Source: Dehalococcoidia bacterium (GTDB taxonomy: Bacteria; Chloroflexota; Dehalococcoidia; Lucifugimonadales; UBA3495). Taken from it: DNA of 64,000 nt. The notes under the pieces are model-generated. The model was not told where the DNA came from. It did not search any database and saw only the letters and a list, made by a program, of their open reading frames with translations. This document shows positions 60,655-64,000 of the stretch, piece after piece. The stretch is from positions 3,955,818 to 4,019,817 of the forward strand of contig OZ245439.1 of NCBI GenBank assembly GCA_965226875.1, read 5' to 3'. The position numbers and the translations under genes are program-made. How positions within the stretch are numbered: position 1 is the first letter of the stretch; the number at the start of each line of letters is the position of its first letter.

Positions 60655-61504
60655 GGTGTCGTCAAAATAATCTGGTCCAAATTGCCAGTGCTCGGATTTG
60701 GCAGATTGCCAGGAAGGACGCTTCGTTCTCGGCATATCGAGTAGCTATGGCACGCCATTGTTTGAAGTCCAGGAATGAGTTCTCAACCAAATGACGTAGT
60801 TTATACAGCGCTCGGTCGTAGTACCGGGGTTCCTTGCGGTGGCTCCTCGGTGGGATCACCGGTTCCATTCCCTGGGCCTCGGCTTCAGCTACGATGGCGT
60901 TGGTGTCGTAGCCTCGGTCGGCCAGCAGATATTGGGCTGGGATATCTACAATCAGTGAATGAGCTTGGGTGCAGTCAGCAACCGTACCCTCGTCAGGCTC
61001 ATGCGTACCGGCATGCCATGGGAATCCACCGCTAGATGCAGTTTGCTGTTCAGCCCCCTTTTGTACGTCCGATGGCTTGATTGCCTCCGCGGGCCCCAGT
61101 CCCATGGGGATGAACCTTGATGTAGCTGGCGTCGATCATCAACCACTCAAAGTCCGGATCGTCGACAACCGTATCCAGCAGTTGTTCCCAGACGCCCCGA
61201 TCCCGCCAGCGGCAAAAGCGCCGATGGGTGTTCTTCCAATCACCGTAATCCGGTGGCAGGTCCCGCCACGGAGCCCCAGTACGCAGAATCCAAAACACCG
61301 CGTTCAGAAACAGTCGGTTGTCCTTGGCCGGTCGACCCTTTTTGCCTCCGGCCCCAGGCAAAAGGGGCCGCAATCCTTCCCAAACCTGGTCCGAAATATC
61401 GTGACGCCGATGCGCTGCTGCCATGCCCCCACCTCACACACTCACACGCTCCCCAGTAATCTACCATCAAGTTGCTATCAAGTTGCTATTTTGACGACAC
61501 TCCC
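60652..61504 (-). mobile_element. IS5-family insertion sequence (IS427/IS1031-like, about 0.85 kb)
   Basis: 18-bp TIRs GGGGGTGTCGTCAAAATA (60652-60669) and TATTTTGACGACACTCCC (61487-61504). Encodes a two-frame DDE transposase. Confidence 0.85.
60662..61424 (-). pseudogene. IS5-family transposase (orfA 61050-61424, then a -1 slippage site, then an extra frameshift near 60987-60993)
   Basis: orfA reads ...FWILRTGAPWRDLP...RFCRWRDRGVW... After ACAAAAGGGGG (61054-61064) the -1 frame reads RGLNSKLHLAVDSHGMPVRM. The DDE part (ADRGYD...RHLVENSFLDFKQWRAIATRY) is in the third frame, so one additional indel is implied. Confidence 0.75.
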
Positions 61505-62553
61505 TAAGGGAACGGCTCCACGACAACCGGTTCCTACGCTTGATTGCGGGATTACTGGAAGCCGGGTACATGGAAGACTGGCAATTCAACGCAACGCTGA
61601 GCGGTACACCGCAAGGCGGCGTAGTCAGCCCCATCCTGGCCAACATCTACCTTGACCAACTGGACAGGCACGTCGAAACAGTGCTCCAACCGGCAAACAC
61701 GCATGGAGTCCAGCGGAGGAGAAACAGAACGTACCAAAACTTGTGGAGACAGGCCAAGTACTGGGACACCAAAGGGGAACAGCAACGAGCGGCAGAGCTG
61801 CGGCGAAAGTTGCAGGCCATGCCGTCCGTTGACCCTGTGCATCCCAACTACCGACGCCTGCGATACGTGCGGTACGCCGATGATTCCCTGCTTGGCTTCT
61901 CCGGCCCACGACGCGAAGCCGACGAGGTGAAGCGGCAGATTGGCGAGTTCCTGCGAGACCGGCTGAAGCTCGAAATGTCCGAGACCAAGACGCTGGTGAC
62001 GCACGGGCGAACCGGAGCCGCCCGCTTTCTAGGCTACGAAGTGGGCGTCATGCACTCCGACCAGAAACGCGACAAGCGGGGTCGCCGCTCAATTAACGGC
62101 ATAGTCCAGCTACGCGTGCCGACATCGGTGGTGCGTGACAAGTGCTCACTCTACATGAAGCACGGGAAACCAATGGCTCGGATGGAGCGGAGCCGCGATT
62201 CGGTATTCAGCATCGTGGCACGCTACCAGAACGAGTACAGGGGACTCGTGCAGTACTACCAATACGCTTCAAACCTGCACACGTTCGACCGGCTGAAGTG
62301 GGTAATGGAAACCTCGTTGACCAAGACGCTGGCGATAAAACTACGCGTCAGCGTCCCCAAGGTTTGCGGGCGATACAAGACCACCATGCAGACTGACCGG
62401 GGGCCTCGAAAGGTGCTCCAGGTCACGGTTGAGCAAGGCGGGGGCAAGGCGCCACGAGTAGCACGGTGGGGTGGCATTTCACTAGCGCGTCAGAAAACGG
62501 CCATACTCGACGACAACCCGGCTCTCGTGTGGAACCAGCGTACCGAACTAGTA
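61505..62553 (+). pseudogene. Group II intron reverse transcriptase/maturase, 5'-truncated fragment (RT domains about 2-7 plus X)
   Basis: ...RFLRLIAGLLEAGYMEDW...GTPQGGVVSPILANIYL...VRYADDSLLGF...TKTLVTH... Cut at 61504 by the IS5 element and at 62553 by the IS630 element. Confidence 0.85.
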
Positions 62554-63772
62554 CTGAACCAAATCAGGATTGGCAGGGATAGAGGCGATGGAGTTTGCGT
62601 CTGGCGTCTTGGGCAGTGAACCGCCAGTTAATGGTAGCTCCTATCGCGTTCCGCTCTGACACGCAGGCGCTGACGGCTCTTTCCAGGCTGTCCTCATCTC
62701 CGTTGCGTCCGCGCAGGCAGGCCCGGGCCAGCACGCTGAACTCGATCTCCGCCATATTCAGCCAGCTTCCGTGCTTGGGAGTGTGGTGGAACTCCAGCCG
62801 CTTGGCGATGCGCCGGGCCTCGGCCGCCGGGAAAGTCTCGTAAAGCGAGGCCATCCGATGCGTGTTCAGATTGTCGAGAACCAGCCGAATCACCGGGACA
62901 TCGGGGTAGGCCTCATCCACCAGCCACCGCATCTGCTGAGCGAAGTCCTGCATGGTGCGTTGCCGGGTTATCGCCACGTGGCGCCAGCCCCGGCGAGGCT
63001 CACAGGTGAGGAACAGGTTGCGCGTCCCTCCCCGCTGGTATTCGTAGTCCTCACGCCTCGGCCTCCCAGGCTTTGCCGGCAGCGGTTCCCTCACGTCGGC
63101 CAGCAACTGGGTGGAGGTCTCGTCAAAGCAGACCACCGGCCTCTGCGGATCGTAGGGCTCGGCGTAGAGATCCAGCACGTCCTCCATGGCCGCCACGAAC
63201 TCTCCACCTACCTTGGGGATGCACCATTGTTTCTTGAGCCACGGCTTGAGCGTGTTTTTTTTAGCCGCAGGCGGACCGTCTCGGGAGATAAAGACTCCAC
63301 CAATCCCAACTCCACCACCTTGCCCGCTAGGGCCCGCATGGTCCAGTGGTCATGACCGTCGGGCACCGGGCTGCAGGCCAAGGCTATCAGGTGGGCCTCC
63401 ACCCTTTCATCCACCTTTCTGGGCCGGTTGACCTGGTTATGGTGCCTCAGCACCTCGTCCAGTCCTTCCTCGGCATACCGCCGCTTGGTGCGGAACACGG
63501 TCCGCTCCGACACGTCCAGTGCGGTGGCCACCTGGGGGGCGGTCCAGCCCTCATCTATCTTGATCAGGATGCGGGCCCGGGTAATCGCCTGTGCGGAACT
63601 CCTCCCAGCCCTGATCATCTTCCTGAGCCGTCCCTTTTCCTGTGTTGCCAGCCGGACTCCGTACTTCTCCTGCACCATGACCACCTCACATCCCACAACC
63701 CTTCGTCTATCCCCAAGGTAGCATCCTGTCTGGTCTCACGTACTAACTGACAATGCCAGATTGGCCGAATAC
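62554..63772 (-). mobile_element. IS630-family insertion sequence (1219 bp) with TA target duplication
   Basis: TA at 62552-62553 and at 63773-63774. Imperfect TIRs (CTGAACCAAATCAGGATTGGCAG versus the rc GTATTCGGCCAATCTGGCATTGTCAG). Removing the element restores the intron ORF (...NQRTELVEQRLLADTCELC...). Confidence 0.88.
62564..63696 (-). CDS. IS630-family transposase (HTH N-terminus and DDE C-terminus joined by -1 slippage on an A8 run)
   Basis: ORFs 63208-63696 (HTH: ...ITRARILIKIDEGWTAPQVA...) and 62564-63196 (...VCFDETS...LVLDNLNTH...SWLNMAEIEF). The A8 run is rc of 63255-63262, and the -1 frame continues as KKNTLKPWLKKQWCIP. Confidence 0.8.
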
Positions 63773-63774
63773 TA

Positions 63775-64000
63775 GAACAGCGGTTGCTGGCCGACACTTG
63801 TGAGTTGTGCGAGTCGCAGGAGCGGATACAAGTCCACTACGTTCGGGCGCTCAAGCATCTCGGACGGAAGGGGCGGAAAGACGCCCCTGAATGGGCAAAG
63901 CTGATGATGGCGCGTCAGCGCAAGACCCTGGTGGTCTGCCAAAGCTGTCACGTGGACATCCACGCAGGACGGCAGCAGGTCACAGCCACACGAAGGACAT
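63775..64000 (+). pseudogene. Group II intron maturase C-terminal HNH/Zn-finger endonuclease segment (continues past the window end)
   Basis: EQRLLADTCELCES...VHYVRALKHL...VVCQSCHVDIHAG. In-frame continuation of 61505-62553 once the IS630 element is removed. Confidence 0.8.

Noticed and set aside
61505-64000. The reverse transcriptase as part of a retron, DGR or defence-associated RT.
   Set aside because: The RT motifs are followed by a maturase X region and an HNH Zn-finger, which is the group II intron IEP architecture. No template/variable repeat pair or msr/msd-like structure is seen, and the gene is disrupted by two IS elements.

Overview
GC-rich bacterial chromosomal window. The gene content (many SDR, AhpD/CMD, LLM/F420, Rieske, amidohydrolase and MFS paralogs) suggests a Chloroflexota, SAR202-like organism, but this is inference only. 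I call about 55 protein genes. Housekeeping genes include recF, purL, obg-nadD, pyrE, nadE, an IscA/HesB-type Fe-S protein and tRNA-Arg(CCT). They are interspersed with oxidoreductase-, hydrolase- and transporter-rich clusters. Most long ORFs overlapping these genes on the opposite strand or in other frames look like GC-driven shadow ORFs and are not called. Main observations: (1) A SelW/Rdx-like selenoprotein with an in-frame UGA (CxxU) and a SECIS-like hairpin, which the ORF track truncates. (2) A very abundant GC-rich palindromic repeat family (REP1, at least 20 loci). Some copies sit in-frame inside nadE and two MFS genes, and others supply stop codons. (3) A second palindromic family (ATTCCCGC-N4-GCGGGAAT) that forms the inverted termini of a 579-bp element carrying a 3 x 87-bp tandem repeat and a possible repeat-protein ORF. 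(4) A 182-bp MITE present twice. (5) A nested mobile-element graveyard at 60-64 kb: an ISAs1-like pseudogene, the MITE, an IS5-family element, a group II intron RT/maturase truncated by the IS5 element and split by an IS630 element. (6) A low-GC orphan three-gene operon (14.06-15.79 kb) flanked by an 11-bp direct repeat and iteron-like 10-bp repeats. (7) A tightly coupled pair encoding a transglutaminase-like Cys-His-Asp protein and a divergent SecA paralog, directly downstream of nspC. (8) A cluster of DnaA-box-like motifs plus an AT-rich stretch upstream of obg. (9) A frameshifted ygfZ-like gene. (10) A BrnT/BrnA-like toxin-antitoxin islet. No CRISPR array, rRNA or prophage was seen. All functional calls rest on motif recognition by eye, since no searches were run.
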